A stretch of 64,000 bases of DNA, taken from Candidatus Binatia bacterium. Its GTDB lineage: Bacteria; Desulfobacterota; Binatia; HRBIN30. Within the stretch, counting starts at the first letter, position 1; each line of letters starts with the position of its first letter. The stretch spans positions 32,001 to 96,000 of the forward strand of contig JBBRSP010000003.1 in assembly GCA_038245295.1 (NCBI GenBank). Reading direction: 5' to 3'. The notes beneath the pieces were generated by a model. That model saw nothing but the letters and a program-made list of their open reading frames with translations. It was not told where the DNA came from and made no database searches. Both the position numbers and the translations under genes were made by a program. Below, one piece after another: positions 36,950 through 46,966 of this stretch.

Positions 36950-38881
36950 ATGCACGAAACCGCTAGCGCTGTGGCCATTCATGCTCCGTACCTCTGGCTC
37001 ATCGTCGCCTTGCCGGCGCTGGGTGTGTTGATTCAACTCTTCCTCGGCGAGCGCCTGGGCAAGGGTGCCGTGACCGTCGTCGCGCCGGCGGTGATCTTCG
37101 GGGCCTTCCTGGTTGCCGCCTACAGCTTCCTGCAGGTGTGGGGCTCGCCGCCGGGGACATCTCTCGAGCTGAACTTGTGGCCTTGGATCTATGCCGGGTC
37201 GCTGCATGTCGACGTGGCGCTGCGGGTCGACGCGTTATCCGGCGTCATGATCATGATCGTCACCGGCGTCGGCTTCCTGATTCATGTCTACTCGACCGGT
37301 TACATGCACGACGACGAGAGCTTTGCGCGCTTCTTTACGTATCTGAACCTGTTCATGTGCGCGATGCTGATCCTGGTGATGGCCGACAACTTGCCGTTGT
37401 TGTTCGTCGGTTGGGAGGGCGTCGGTCTGTGCTCCTATCTGCTGATTGGCTTCTGGTATCAGGTGGATGCCAATGCCAGTGCCGGCAAGAAGGCGTTCAT
37501 CGTCAACCGCGTTGGTGACGCCGGCTTCTTGCTCGGGCTCTTCCTGATCTATTGGAATCTCGGCGCCGGCCCGCACACGTTGAGCTTCGGCGAGTTGGCG
37601 ACACACGCGCATGAGATCCCGCTGCCGGTTGTTGGCCTGGCCACTCTATTGATGTTCGTTGGTGCGACCGGCAAATCGGCGCAGCTGCCGCTTTACGTTT
37701 GGTTGCCTGACGCCATGGCCGGCCCGACCCCTGTCAGCGCCCTCATCCACGCGGCCACCATGGTCACGGCCGGTGTGTACATGATCACCCGGATGAACTT
37801 CCTGTTCGTCCTGGCGCCGCAGACCATGGCGGTGATCGCTACGGTTGGTGCACTGACGGCGATCTTCGCCGCGAGCATCGGCCTGGTGCAAAACGACATC
37901 AAGAAAGTGCTGGCGTATTCGACCGTCAGCCAACTCGGTTACATGTTCCTCGCGGTCGGCGTTGGCGCCTTCAGCGCGGCGGTCTTCCACCTCATGACCC
38001 ACGCATTCTTCAAAGGCCTGCTGTTCCTGGGCTCAGGCAGCGTGATTCACGGCATGGGCGGCGAGCAGGACATGCGTAAGATGGGCGGGCTGAAGCATCA
38101 TATGCCCTGGACCTATCGCACCTTCCTGGTCGGCACGATTGCCATTGCGGGAATCCCGCCGCTCGCCGGCTTCTTCAGTAAGGATCTAATTTTGGCGCAC
38201 GCCTTCGCGACGTTTCCCGTGTTGTGGGGGCTCGGTATGTGCGCCGCGGCGATGACTTCGTTCTACATGTTCCGTTTGTTCTACATGACGTTCGAGGGTG
38301 AGTGCCGCGCCGACGAGCACACCAAACACCATATCCACGAGTCGCCTGCATCGATGACCGTGCCGCTGATGATTCTTGCCGTGCTGTCCATCGTCGGCGG
38401 CTGGGTTGGCCTGCCCGAGTTCGTCCTTTGGGGCAACCGCTTTGATGAGTTCCTGGCGCCGGTGATTCACGCGGCACACGGCGAACACCTGGCCGAGAGC
38501 ACCGAGATCATTCTAATGCTTGCGTCGGTAGCCGTGGCCGTCGGCGGCTGGTTCACGGCGCGCACATTCTACGTGACACGCCCTGAGCTGCCAAAGCAGT
38601 TGGCCGACTCGTGGGCTGATTTGTACGAAACACTCAGTCAGAAATACTACGTCGATGAGATCTACGATGCCGTCTTCGTGCAGCCGATCTTCGTGTTGTC
38701 GAACTGGCTGTGGCGTTTCTTCGATGTGGCGATCATCGACGGGCTGGTGAATGGCGCGGCGAGTTTCGTCAGCGGCAACAGCAGCGTCTGGCGTCGTTTA
38801 CAGACCGGCAATGTGCAGCACTACGCCGTGTCGATGCTGGTCGGCGCCGTATTGGTGCTCGGCTACTTTGCCCTCAGGTAA
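36950..38881 (+). CDS. nuoL: NADH-quinone oxidoreductase subunit L
   Basis: GWEGVGLCSYLLIGFW, GKSAQLPLYVWLPDAMAGPTPVSALIHAATMV. Confidence 0.97.
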   Translation: MHETASAVAIHAPYLWLIVALPALGVLIQLFLGERLGKGAVTVVAPAVIFGAFLVAAYSFLQVWGSPPGTSLELNLWPWIYAGSLHVDVALRVDALSGVMIMIVTGVGFLIHVYSTGYMHDDESFARFFTYLNLFMCAMLILVMADNLPLLFVGWEGVGLCSYLLIGFWYQVDANASAGKKAFIVNRVGDAGFLLGLFLIYWNLGAGPHTLSFGELATHAHEIPLPVVGLATLLMFVGATGKSAQLPLYVWLPDAMAGPTPVSALIHAATMVTAGVYMITRMNFLFVLAPQTMAVIATVGALTAIFAASIGLVQNDIKKVLAYSTVSQLGYMFLAVGVGAFSAAVFHLMTHAFFKGLLFLGSGSVIHGMGGEQDMRKMGGLKHHMPWTYRTFLVGTIAIAGIPPLAGFFSKDLILAHAFATFPVLWGLGMCAAAMTSFYMFRLFYMTFEGECRADEHTKHHIHESPASMTVPLMILAVLSIVGGWVGLPEFVLWGNRFDEFLAPVIHAAHGEHLAESTEIILMLASVAVAVGGWFTARTFYVTRPELPKQLADSWADLYETLSQKYYVDEIYDAVFVQPIFVLSNWLWRFFDVAIIDGLVNGAASFVSGNSSVWRRLQTGNVQHYAVSMLVGAVLVLGYFALR

Positions 38882-38893
38882 GGCGCGACTGGC

Positions 38894-40429
38894 ATGCTCT
38901 CACTCATCGTATTCTCCCCGCTGCTAGGCGCACTGCTTCTGATGATGATGCGCGGGGATAACGTCGTCGCGTTGCGCCGCTTTGCGTTCATCTATTCGCT
39001 GGTACCGTTCATCCTGTCGCTGATGATGCTGTCGATCTTCAAGGCCGACGAGCCAGGCATGCAGCTGACGGAGACCGCTGCGTGGATCCCGAGCCTGTCG
39101 ATTTTCTACCGGGTCGGCATCGACGGCATCAGCTTGTTCCTCGTGTTGCTGACGACGTTCCTCATGCCGATTGTCGTGCTGACCGGCTGGGACGTCCACA
39201 AGCGCGAACGCGAGTACATGGTGTTCTTGATGCTCCTGGAGACGGGCATGCTCGGGGCGCTCGTCGCTACCGACCTCTTCCTGTTCTACGTCTTCTGGGA
39301 AATCATGCTGTTCCCGATGTACTTTCTGATCGGCATCTGGGGCGGCCAACGACGTGTCTACGCGGCCGTCAAACTGGTGCTCTACACGATGGCCGGCAGC
39401 CTCCTGATGTTGGTCGCCATCCTCTACATCGGTGCGGCGCACCAGCAGCAAACCGGCCAGTTGTCGTTCAACCTGGCACAGCTCACCAACTTCAATTTGC
39501 CCATCGAAGCGCAGCGCTGGCTGTTTGCGGCTTTCGCGTTGGCCTTTGCGATCAAGGTTCCAATGTTCCCGTTGCATACCTGGTTGCCCGACGCGCACAC
39601 GGAAGCGCCGACCGGCGGCTCGGTAATTCTGGCCGGCGTGTTGTTGAAGATGGGCACCTACGGCTTCCTGCGCTTCGCCATCCCGTTGTTTCCGCTCGCC
39701 GCGGCCGAGGCCATGCCGATCATCGCTGTGCTGGCGGTCATCGGAATTGTCTACGGCGCCCTGGTGTGTATGGTGCAGCCCGACTTGAAGCGCCTGGTTG
39801 CCTACTCCTCGGTGAGCCACCTGGGTTTCGTGATGCTGGGCCTGGCGGCTCTGAACGTCGAAGGAGTGCAGGGCAGCTTGTATCAGATGCTCAATCACGG
39901 GTTGTCGACGGGCGGACTGTTCCTCTGTGTCGGTGTGATTTACGAGCGCCGCCATACACGCCTCATCAAAGAGTTCGGCGGCCTGTGGAAGCAGATGCCG
40001 GTGTATTCGTCCATTTTTTTGGTGGTGATGATGTCGTCGGTCGGCCTGCCCGGCCTCAACGGGTTTGTCGGCGAGTTCTTGATCCTGCTCGGCGCCTTCG
40101 GGCGTTATCCGGTGCTCGCGTCCATCGCCAGTAGCGGCGTGTTGTTGGGTGCCGTCTATCTCTTGTGGATGTATCAGCGGGTCATCTTCGGACCGTTGGA
40201 GAATCCGGAAAACCAGAAACTCAAGGACCTATCGCCGCGCGAGTTGTTGATGTTCGTGCCGCTGATCGTCCTTTTCTTCGTGATGGGCATGTACCCGAAA
40301 CCATTCCTCGGGCGCATGGAGCCCGCGGTGCGCGCCACTCTGGAGCGGTACGAGAAACGTGTGGCTCAAAGTGCCCCCGGTGCGGTCAAACTGACGACCT
40401 CGGCGCAGAGTAAGGCGGGAACGAAATGA
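38894..40429 (+). CDS. nuoM: NADH-quinone oxidoreductase subunit M
   Basis: IKVPMFPLHTWLPDAHTEAPTGGS, LVAYSSVSHLG. Confidence 0.97.
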   Translation: MLSLIVFSPLLGALLLMMMRGDNVVALRRFAFIYSLVPFILSLMMLSIFKADEPGMQLTETAAWIPSLSIFYRVGIDGISLFLVLLTTFLMPIVVLTGWDVHKREREYMVFLMLLETGMLGALVATDLFLFYVFWEIMLFPMYFLIGIWGGQRRVYAAVKLVLYTMAGSLLMLVAILYIGAAHQQQTGQLSFNLAQLTNFNLPIEAQRWLFAAFALAFAIKVPMFPLHTWLPDAHTEAPTGGSVILAGVLLKMGTYGFLRFAIPLFPLAAAEAMPIIAVLAVIGIVYGALVCMVQPDLKRLVAYSSVSHLGFVMLGLAALNVEGVQGSLYQMLNHGLSTGGLFLCVGVIYERRHTRLIKEFGGLWKQMPVYSSIFLVVMMSSVGLPGLNGFVGEFLILLGAFGRYPVLASIASSGVLLGAVYLLWMYQRVIFGPLENPENQKLKDLSPRELLMFVPLIVLFFVMGMYPKPFLGRMEPAVRATLERYEKRVAQSAPGAVKLTTSAQSKAGTK

Positions 40430-41877
40430 TCGCGGCACCGGAAATCTCCTGGATTGCGATTCTTCCGTTGCTGATCATCACCGGTACGGCGCTGGTGACG
40501 ATGATCGCCGACTTGTGGATGGATGGCCCGGACCGCGATGCGCTCGGCTGGCTCGGGATCATTGGGTTGGCGATCACCGCCATTACAGCAGTATCCCTGT
40601 GGGGCACATCGATCAGCAGTTTTGCCGGCGTAATCGGCGTCGATCGCTTCGGCTTGTTCTTCACCCTGCTGTTCTGTCTGGTGGGCAGTTTGACCCTGTT
40701 GATGTCGATGAACTACCTCGAAGTCACCGACATCCGCACCGGCGACTACTACACACTCGTGTTGTTCTGCACGATGGGCATGGCCGTCATGGCTTCAGCC
40801 ACTGACCTTATCGTCATCTTCGTCGGGCTAGAGATCATGTCGATCGCGGCATACGCCCTGGCGGGTATCTGGCGCTCGCAACTGCGCGCCAATGAGGCGG
40901 CTCTGAAGTACTTCCTCCTCGGAGCGTTCGCCACCGGCTTTCTCCTGTTCGGTATCGCGTTGCTCTACGGGGCGGCGGGTTCGACCGGGTTGAATGCCAT
41001 CGCCAAAGTTGCTGCCAAACCGACGGCGGAGCAGCATGCGTTGTTGTTGGCGGGCACGGGACTGCTGCTCATTGGCTTCGGATTCAAGGTTGCGGCTGTG
41101 CCGTTTCACGGCTGGGCTCCCGACGTCTATGAAGGGGCGCCGACGACGGTCAGCGCCCTCATGGCGGTTGGCATCAAGTCGGCGGCCTTCGCGGCGTTCG
41201 CCCGTGTATTCCTGCACGGCTTGCAGCCGCTCGAGGCGGACTGGAGTGGGGCGTTGTGGATCCTGGCGGTTGCGACCATGACCGTCGGCAACGTGACCGC
41301 GCTGTTGCAGCGCAACATCAAACGTATGCTTGCGTACTCCAGCATCGCGCACGCCGGCTACTTGCTGGTCGGCATGGTAGCGGGCGGCGAGCTCGGCGGC
41401 AGCAGTGTCCTCTTCTACCTGCTCACCTATGCCCTGATGACGATGGGCGCCTTTTGCGTTGTGATTGCCCTGGGTCGCCAGGGACACCCGAATGAAAATC
41501 TCGACGACTACGCGGGCGCCGGCTTCCGTAGCCCGTTGCTCGGCATGGCGATGATCGTCTTCATGTTGTCGCTCGCCGGTATTCCGCCGTTCGGTGGCTT
41601 CATCGGCAAGTTCTACGTCTTCAGCGCCGCGGTGAAGTCGGGCTATGTCGGCTTGGCGATCATCGGCGTCATCAACAGCCTCATTTCCGTCTACTATTAT
41701 GTCGGCGTGTTGGTGCGAATGTATATGTCCGACGGTGGCGTCGAGGTTCCGACGATGTCTGGTCGTCCGTATCTGATGGCGACACTGGTGCTCACTATCA
41801 TCGGCACGATTGCCCTCGGCATCATGCCCTCCAGCCTGTTCGAAATCGCCCGGCAGTCGTTCCAATCCCTCGGCTGA
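40426..41877 (+). CDS. nuoN: NADH-quinone oxidoreductase subunit N
   Basis: EAALKYFLLG, FKVAAVPFHGWAPDVYEGAP, KRMLAYSSIAHAG. Confidence 0.97.
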   Translation: MIAAPEISWIAILPLLIITGTALVTMIADLWMDGPDRDALGWLGIIGLAITAITAVSLWGTSISSFAGVIGVDRFGLFFTLLFCLVGSLTLLMSMNYLEVTDIRTGDYYTLVLFCTMGMAVMASATDLIVIFVGLEIMSIAAYALAGIWRSQLRANEAALKYFLLGAFATGFLLFGIALLYGAAGSTGLNAIAKVAAKPTAEQHALLLAGTGLLLIGFGFKVAAVPFHGWAPDVYEGAPTTVSALMAVGIKSAAFAAFARVFLHGLQPLEADWSGALWILAVATMTVGNVTALLQRNIKRMLAYSSIAHAGYLLVGMVAGGELGGSSVLFYLLTYALMTMGAFCVVIALGRQGHPNENLDDYAGAGFRSPLLGMAMIVFMLSLAGIPPFGGFIGKFYVFSAAVKSGYVGLAIIGVINSLISVYYYVGVLVRMYMSDGGVEVPTMSGRPYLMATLVLTIIGTIALGIMPSSLFEIARQSFQSLG

Positions 41878-41888
41878 GGCACTGCGCA

Positions 41889-41991
41889 GCGCAAGCTAAA
41901 GCGTGCGCCTACCGGTCGGCCTGCCGTCTTGGTTCCGGACGGCGGTGGGCGGTACCGGCCGCTCATGGTAGGCGCAGGCTTCAGCCTGCGC
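41889..41991. repeat. GTAG-type REP doublet (REPIN-like)
   Basis: GCGCAAGCTAAAGCGTGCGCCTAC ... GTAGGCGCAGGCTTCAGCCTGCGC directly after nuoN. Confidence 0.75.
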
Positions 41992-42025
41992 TGGCGGCGT
42001 TGCTCTGCGGCGCCCTGAAGCTAGA

Positions 42026-42054
42026 TTGACCGGAGCGCCCCCCTCGCATAGCTT
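42026..42054 (+). promoter_or_regulatory. Putative sigma-70 promoter
   Basis: TTGACC-17 nt-TAGCTT upstream of the GGAGG RBS of the dodecin gene. Confidence 0.55.
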
Positions 42055-42081
42055 GCCTGCTATCTGGAGGGACCTGGTCTT

Positions 42082-42294
42082 ATGGTTGAGAAAACGATCG
42101 AGCTAACGGGCACGTCGTCGAACAGTATCGAAGACGCGGTGAATCTGGCCGTCTCACGCGCCGCCGTGACGATCCAGAACATCCGCCGCGTCAAGGTGAA
42201 AGAGATCACTGCCACGGTCGATGGTGGTGCGGTTGCGACCTGGCGCGTCAGCGTCGACCTTTCCTTCGTCGTTTCCGATCGCTTGCACGAGTAG
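42082..42294 (+). CDS. Dodecin family protein
   Basis: KTIELTGTSSNSIEDAVNLAVSRA...WRVSVDLSF; 70 aa; GGAGG RBS. Confidence 0.85.
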   Translation: MVEKTIELTGTSSNSIEDAVNLAVSRAAVTIQNIRRVKVKEITATVDGGAVATWRVSVDLSFVVSDRLHE

Positions 42295-42308
42295 AGCGTC
42301 ACCAGACG

Positions 42309-43289
42309 ATGAGTGACGCCAAAGTCCGACAGGTCGCTCCGGGGGTGCATGTCGTGCACCTGCCGCTGCCGATGAAGCCGACGATCGTCAACGTCACGCT
42401 GCTGCGAAGCGGCGACGAGTGGGCGCTGATCGATACCGGGGTCGACACGGAAGAGAGCCACACGGCGCTGCTCGCCGCGATGCACGAGGTTGGCTGCTCA
42501 CCGAAGAAAGTGCGCACCCTGATCGGCACGCATCATCATCCCGATCACTTCGGCGCCTCCGCCTGGTTCAAGGAACAAAGCGGCGCCACTGTCCTGTTAC
42601 ACGAGCGCGAAGCGCAGGCGGCTTCGCATTACGCACCAACGAAACACAGCGAGGCGACGATTCAGTTCTTTCTGGCGAATGGGATCCCGCTGCGGCGCTT
42701 TGCTCATGTACCGTCGGCGGGCGAGTTCTGGTCGCGTCTCTATAAGCCGACTGTGCCTGACCGCTTCATCGCCGACGGTGATCATATCCAGGTCGGGCAC
42801 TTCGACCTGGAGGTGATCGGTACACCCGGACACACGGCGGGACATTGTGTTCTCTATGCTCGGCGCGAGCGGGTCATGATCGTCGGCGACCATTTGTTGC
42901 CGAAGATCACGCCACACGTCGGATTCTTTCCGGAGGGGCCGGTTGATCCCCTCGGTGATTTCCTGGCGTCACAGCGCAAAGTGCAGAATTTCGAGGTCGA
43001 TCTGGTGTTGCCCGCACACGGTGGTGTCTTCAGTGAGCATCGCCGTCGCGCCGTGCAGATCATTCAGCACCACGAGTACCGTCTACGCGAGATGTACGAC
43101 CTCATCCTTCGGGTGCCGCGTAGCGCCTATGAGGTGGCGAGTCTGTCGTTCGGCTTCGATTTCGACAGTCCGCTACAGGTACAATTCCCGGCTACATTCG
43201 AGACCTTGGCGCATCTCGAGCACCTGCGGGTCCAGGGTAAGGTCGTCAAGGAGACGGAGAATGATGTCGTGCTTTATCGGGCGGCATAG
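42309..43289 (+). CDS. MBL-fold metallo-hydrolase
   Basis: LIDTG, THHHPDHFG, TPGHTAGH, GDHLL, LPAHG. Confidence 0.9.
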   Translation: MSDAKVRQVAPGVHVVHLPLPMKPTIVNVTLLRSGDEWALIDTGVDTEESHTALLAAMHEVGCSPKKVRTLIGTHHHPDHFGASAWFKEQSGATVLLHEREAQAASHYAPTKHSEATIQFFLANGIPLRRFAHVPSAGEFWSRLYKPTVPDRFIADGDHIQVGHFDLEVIGTPGHTAGHCVLYARRERVMIVGDHLLPKITPHVGFFPEGPVDPLGDFLASQRKVQNFEVDLVLPAHGGVFSEHRRRAVQIIQHHEYRLREMYDLILRVPRSAYEVASLSFGFDFDSPLQVQFPATFETLAHLEHLRVQGKVVKETENDVVLYRAA

Positions 43290-43471
43290 GTGGTCCGGTA
43301 GACGGTAGGCGGCGTGGCGAACTAGGGGCGACCCACCCTCTGTTCCACGCACGGTCTGAATAACGGCGCCCGGCGCCCGTCGGAGGGTGTCGGCGGAGGT
43401 TGGTTGAGCCGTTTGGAGGCTCATGCTAACACCACGCCACTTTGGCGAGTCTAAGGGAGGAGAAGAAGCTT

Positions 43472-44302
43472 ATGCAGCGGTCCAAGTTTGCTCTGATGTC
43501 GGTCGCGGTCCTGGCTGTCGCCGGAACGGCGATGGCACAAGATACGACCAAGCTGGTCGAGTACTACAAGCGCAAAGCCAACGTTCCACCGAACGTTGCC
43601 GTCACCGCGAGTGGGGTTGGCGATTCGAAGATTGCCGGGGCCAAGAGCGGTTCTTTGGAAGCAGGGGGCCAGAAGGTTCCTTTCACCATGTCGGCGGATG
43701 GCCGCTACGTCGTCTTCGGTGAGATGGAAGACCTGACGGTCGATCCATTCGCTGCGGTGATGAAGAAGATCGACCTGAAGGACAAGCCGTTCAAGGGCGG
43801 TAAAGACGCCAAGGTTACGATCATCGAGTACTCCGATTTCCAATGCCCGTTCTGCAAGAAGGGCTTCGACACCATCGAGTCGCAGGTCCTGAAGGAGTAC
43901 GGCGACAAGGTGAAATTCTACTACAAGAACCTCCCCCTGAGCTTCCACCCCTGGGCTGAGCCGGCCGCCGTTGGCGTGATGTGCGCCCAGATGCAGAACA
44001 AGGACGCGTACTGGAAGCTGTACGAGTATTACTTCAACAACCAGAAGGACCTGAATCCGCAGAACCTCAAGGAAAAGAGCCTTGAAGTGCTGAAGGACAC
44101 CAAGGTCGATGCCGCCAAGTGGACCGATTGCTTCGAAAACAAGAAGTCTCTCGACGTCGTCAAGGCGGAGTCCGCCGAGGCCCAGGGCCTTGGTATCCAG
44201 GGCACGCCTGGCTTCATTATCAATGGTCGCGCTCTCAAGGGCGCCTACCCGTTCGAGCAGTTCAAGGCCGTCATCGACGACGAATTGGCTCGCGCCAAGT
44301 AA
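43472..44302 (+). CDS. DsbA/DsbG-like thiol-disulfide oxidoreductase
   Basis: Signal peptide, EYSDFQCPFC, GTPGFIING. Confidence 0.9.
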   Translation: MQRSKFALMSVAVLAVAGTAMAQDTTKLVEYYKRKANVPPNVAVTASGVGDSKIAGAKSGSLEAGGQKVPFTMSADGRYVVFGEMEDLTVDPFAAVMKKIDLKDKPFKGGKDAKVTIIEYSDFQCPFCKKGFDTIESQVLKEYGDKVKFYYKNLPLSFHPWAEPAAVGVMCAQMQNKDAYWKLYEYYFNNQKDLNPQNLKEKSLEVLKDTKVDAAKWTDCFENKKSLDVVKAESAEAQGLGIQGTPGFIINGRALKGAYPFEQFKAVIDDELARAK

Positions 44303-44327
44303 GCTTCGATCAACCGGACGTTCTGAG

Positions 44328-44364
44328 AAAGGCGGCGGACCCGATGGGTCCGCCGCCTTTTTTT
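44328..44364 (+). terminator. Rho-independent terminator
   Basis: AAAGGCGGCGGACCC-GAT-GGGTCCGCCGCC-TTTTTTT. Confidence 0.9.
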
Positions 44365-44453
44365 CGTGACGAGCATCGCGTTCCCAGAGCGGTGCGATTG
44401 ACCGACGGCGGCTGAGCGGTAAACCACTCCGGCGCACGAAAGGGAGGATAAGC

Positions 44454-45416
44454 ATGTTGCGAACCGATATCTGCGACCTTTTAGGGATCGAATACCCGAT
44501 CGTCTTGGCTGGCATGGGTGGTGTGTCGATGCACAAGCTGGTCGCGGCGGTGTCAAACGCCGGCGGGCTTGGCGTCATCGGCGCGGCGAACCTCGATGCC
44601 GAAGGGCTGCGGCGTGAGATCCGTAAGACACGTGAGTTGACCGACAAACCCTTCGCCGTCGACCTTCTGGCGCCGATTCCCGACATGATCCGCCCGCAGA
44701 TTCAGGTGCTGTTCGACGAGAAGATTCGTATCTTTGTCGCCGGCCTTGCCGTGCCGGGTGAATTCATTGTCGAGATGCACGAACGCAAGATGATCGTCGC
44801 GGTCATGACCGGGAAGGTGCAACACGCCATCAAGGCCGAACGCGCCGGTGCCGACATCGTCGCCGCGCAGGGAACCGAAGCCGGCGGTCACACCGGCGAG
44901 ATCGGCACGCTGGCTCTGGTGCCGCAGACGGTCGACGCGGTGAAGATCCCGGTACTGGCGGCAGGTGGCATTGCCGACGGACGCGGTGTTGTCGCGGCGC
45001 TCGCGCTCGGAGCCCAGGGTGCGATCATCGGCACGCGTTTCATCGCCACACCGGAAGCGCAGGCATCGCGTCTCTACCAGGAGGCGATCATCAAGAGCAC
45101 GGAAGCGGACACGGTACGAACCCGCTGCTACACCGGCAAGCCGGCGCGCACGATCCGCAATGCCTACAACAACGATTGGGAACAGAACAAACGCGACCAG
45201 ATCAAACCGTTCCCGATGCAAATGTTCTACTCGGCCCAGAATGGCGTCATGGACTACATGGACAGCGGCCTCGGTGCCGACCCGGAGCGCACCTTCATGC
45301 CGGCCGGGCAGGGCATGGGGCTGATCCGAGAGATGAAACCAGCCGCCGAGGTGATGAAGGACCTCCTGCGCGAAGCCGAATCCGTAACGCATTCCGCGCT
45401 CTTCCGGAACTCCTGA
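44454..45416 (+). CDS. Nitronate monooxygenase / FabK-like flavin oxidoreductase
   Basis: YPIVLAGMGG, AVSNAGGLG, QGTEAGGH, AAGGIADGRG, GTRF. Confidence 0.88.
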   Translation: MLRTDICDLLGIEYPIVLAGMGGVSMHKLVAAVSNAGGLGVIGAANLDAEGLRREIRKTRELTDKPFAVDLLAPIPDMIRPQIQVLFDEKIRIFVAGLAVPGEFIVEMHERKMIVAVMTGKVQHAIKAERAGADIVAAQGTEAGGHTGEIGTLALVPQTVDAVKIPVLAAGGIADGRGVVAALALGAQGAIIGTRFIATPEAQASRLYQEAIIKSTEADTVRTRCYTGKPARTIRNAYNNDWEQNKRDQIKPFPMQMFYSAQNGVMDYMDSGLGADPERTFMPAGQGMGLIREMKPAAEVMKDLLREAESVTHSALFRNS

Positions 45417-45419
45417 GCG

Positions 45420-45504
45420 AAAAGGGTCCTGTCCCCTTTTGGCGGATGTTTATCCGATTTGGCCTAAGGAATGCCGCTTAAAACAAAGGGTCCTGTCCCC
45501 TTTG
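45420..45504. repeat. Two direct copies of the imperfect palindrome AAAGGGTCCTGTCCCCTTT
   Basis: Copies at 45420-45440 and 45484-45504 between convergent genes. Confidence 0.8.
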
Positions 45505-45534
45505 CCTGGATCGCCGGATGGCGTTCCACCGTCG

Positions 45535-46614
45535 TTACTCCGGCTCCGTGATGACCGGCTGCACGGCGGCATAGCGTTCCTGGTAAATGCGGGCGAACGC
45601 GACGAGTGTGGCGATGACCACCGGCGCCAGAAATAGTCCGAAGAAACCATAGGCTTTTAGGCCGCCGAAGATGCCGAAGAAGAGCAGGATCGTCGGGATC
45701 TCGGTGCGGCCACCGATGATCAGCGGGCGCACGAAGTTGTCGATGGAGCTGATCACTAGGGCGCCCCATAACACCATCAGGGCTGCCTTCAGACCAGTCT
45801 GCATGAAGTACAGGTAGATCGCCACGCCGCCCCAGGCGATCGGAGTGCCCATCGGGATGAGCGACACAAACCCCGAGGCGCAGCCAAGAAACAGTGCGAA
45901 CGGCACGTCGAGGGCCCAGTAGCCGATGCCGGCGACGAAGCCCTGGAGCACGGCGGTGACTAGCGTGCCCTGGACTACCGCCGAGACGGTTTCGTAGAAA
46001 CGCGCCAGGACGAGGTCTTTGTGCTCCAACTCCATCGGCAACATATCCCGCAGGGTTGTCACCATGCGATCGCCATCGCGAAAGAAGAAAAACAGGGCAC
46101 AGGTGCACAGGAAGAAGTCGATGAGGAACGTGGCGACGTTCTTGGCGATGTCTGTTGCCTGGGCCACCAGGAAGCTGCTGACGGCGTTCGTTGCTTTCAC
46201 GGACAGGCCGGCGAGGTCGACGTTCCAGTCGTTCAAATGGGGGGCCAGGCGCTCCCAGATGCCGGCCAGGCGCGAGGCCTGAACCTGTTCGACGAAGCGC
46301 TGCGGTCCGCCGTGGGCAACAAATTCATTACTGTACTGGTAGAGAGCGACCGACTGATTGGCGGCGACAATGGTCAGCAGAATCGTCGGCACGATGACCA
46401 CTGCAATGACCCCGCTCGTCAACAGGAACGCCGCGAGGCCGCGGCGGTTGCCCAGACGTCGCGTCAGCCAGGTCTGCAGCGGATAGAAGACGATCGCCAG
46501 CAAGGCGGCCCAGCCCATGGGTGCCAAGAAGCCTTCGAACATGAGATACAGCTGGTACAGCAGGAATAGGAACACGGCGAAGAAGAAGGCCGCGAAGAGG
46601 TGCTGGCGTGTCAT
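45535..46614 (-). CDS. AI-2E family transporter
   Basis: Multi-TM protein; FFFFRDG, IDNFVRPLIIG, GFFGLFLAP. Confidence 0.9.
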   Translation of the reverse strand: MTRQHLFAAFFFAVFLFLLYQLYLMFEGFLAPMGWAALLAIVFYPLQTWLTRRLGNRRGLAAFLLTSGVIAVVIVPTILLTIVAANQSVALYQYSNEFVAHGGPQRFVEQVQASRLAGIWERLAPHLNDWNVDLAGLSVKATNAVSSFLVAQATDIAKNVATFLIDFFLCTCALFFFFRDGDRMVTTLRDMLPMELEHKDLVLARFYETVSAVVQGTLVTAVLQGFVAGIGYWALDVPFALFLGCASGFVSLIPMGTPIAWGGVAIYLYFMQTGLKAALMVLWGALVISSIDNFVRPLIIGGRTEIPTILLFFGIFGGLKAYGFFGLFLAPVVIATLVAFARIYQERYAAVQPVITEPE

Positions 46615-46760
46615 TGGGTCGACGCTACCAACGCCGGACCGCCGAGGCAAACGCTGCCGCCGATCACGGCCAACTCTCATGCCATCGGTCGCTTCCCATT
46701 TTGCCAGGGGCGTTGGTGGTGGCGAGTGTGTGGGTCCACCACACATGCCCGTACCTTTCC

Positions 46761-46789
46761 TTGACGCAAGTACGCTGAATTGTTAGCTC
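46761..46789 (+). promoter_or_regulatory. Putative sigma-70 promoter for tRNA-Val/thrS
   Basis: TTGACG-17 nt-TAGCTC with TG one base upstream of the -10 element. Confidence 0.4.
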
Positions 46790-46847
46790 TGCCCGTCCCA
46801 GGCTTTCCCGCTCGGTTCCCGTAAGGGCGCCGTGGACGGGGCATCAC

Positions 46848-46922
46848 AGGCACGTAGCTCAGTGGGAGAGCGCTTCCTTGACACGGAAGAGGTCGGCGGT
46901 TCAATCCCGCCCGTGCCTACCA
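46848..46922 (+). tRNA. tRNA-Val(GAC)
   Basis: Acceptor AGGCACG/CGTGCCT, anticodon arm CTTCC-TTGACAC-GGAAG, GGTTCAA T-loop, encoded CCA. Confidence 0.97.
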
Positions 46923-46966
46923 TGTACCCGAAAGTTGCCTGGGGATGAGAACAAAACGATTGCCAC

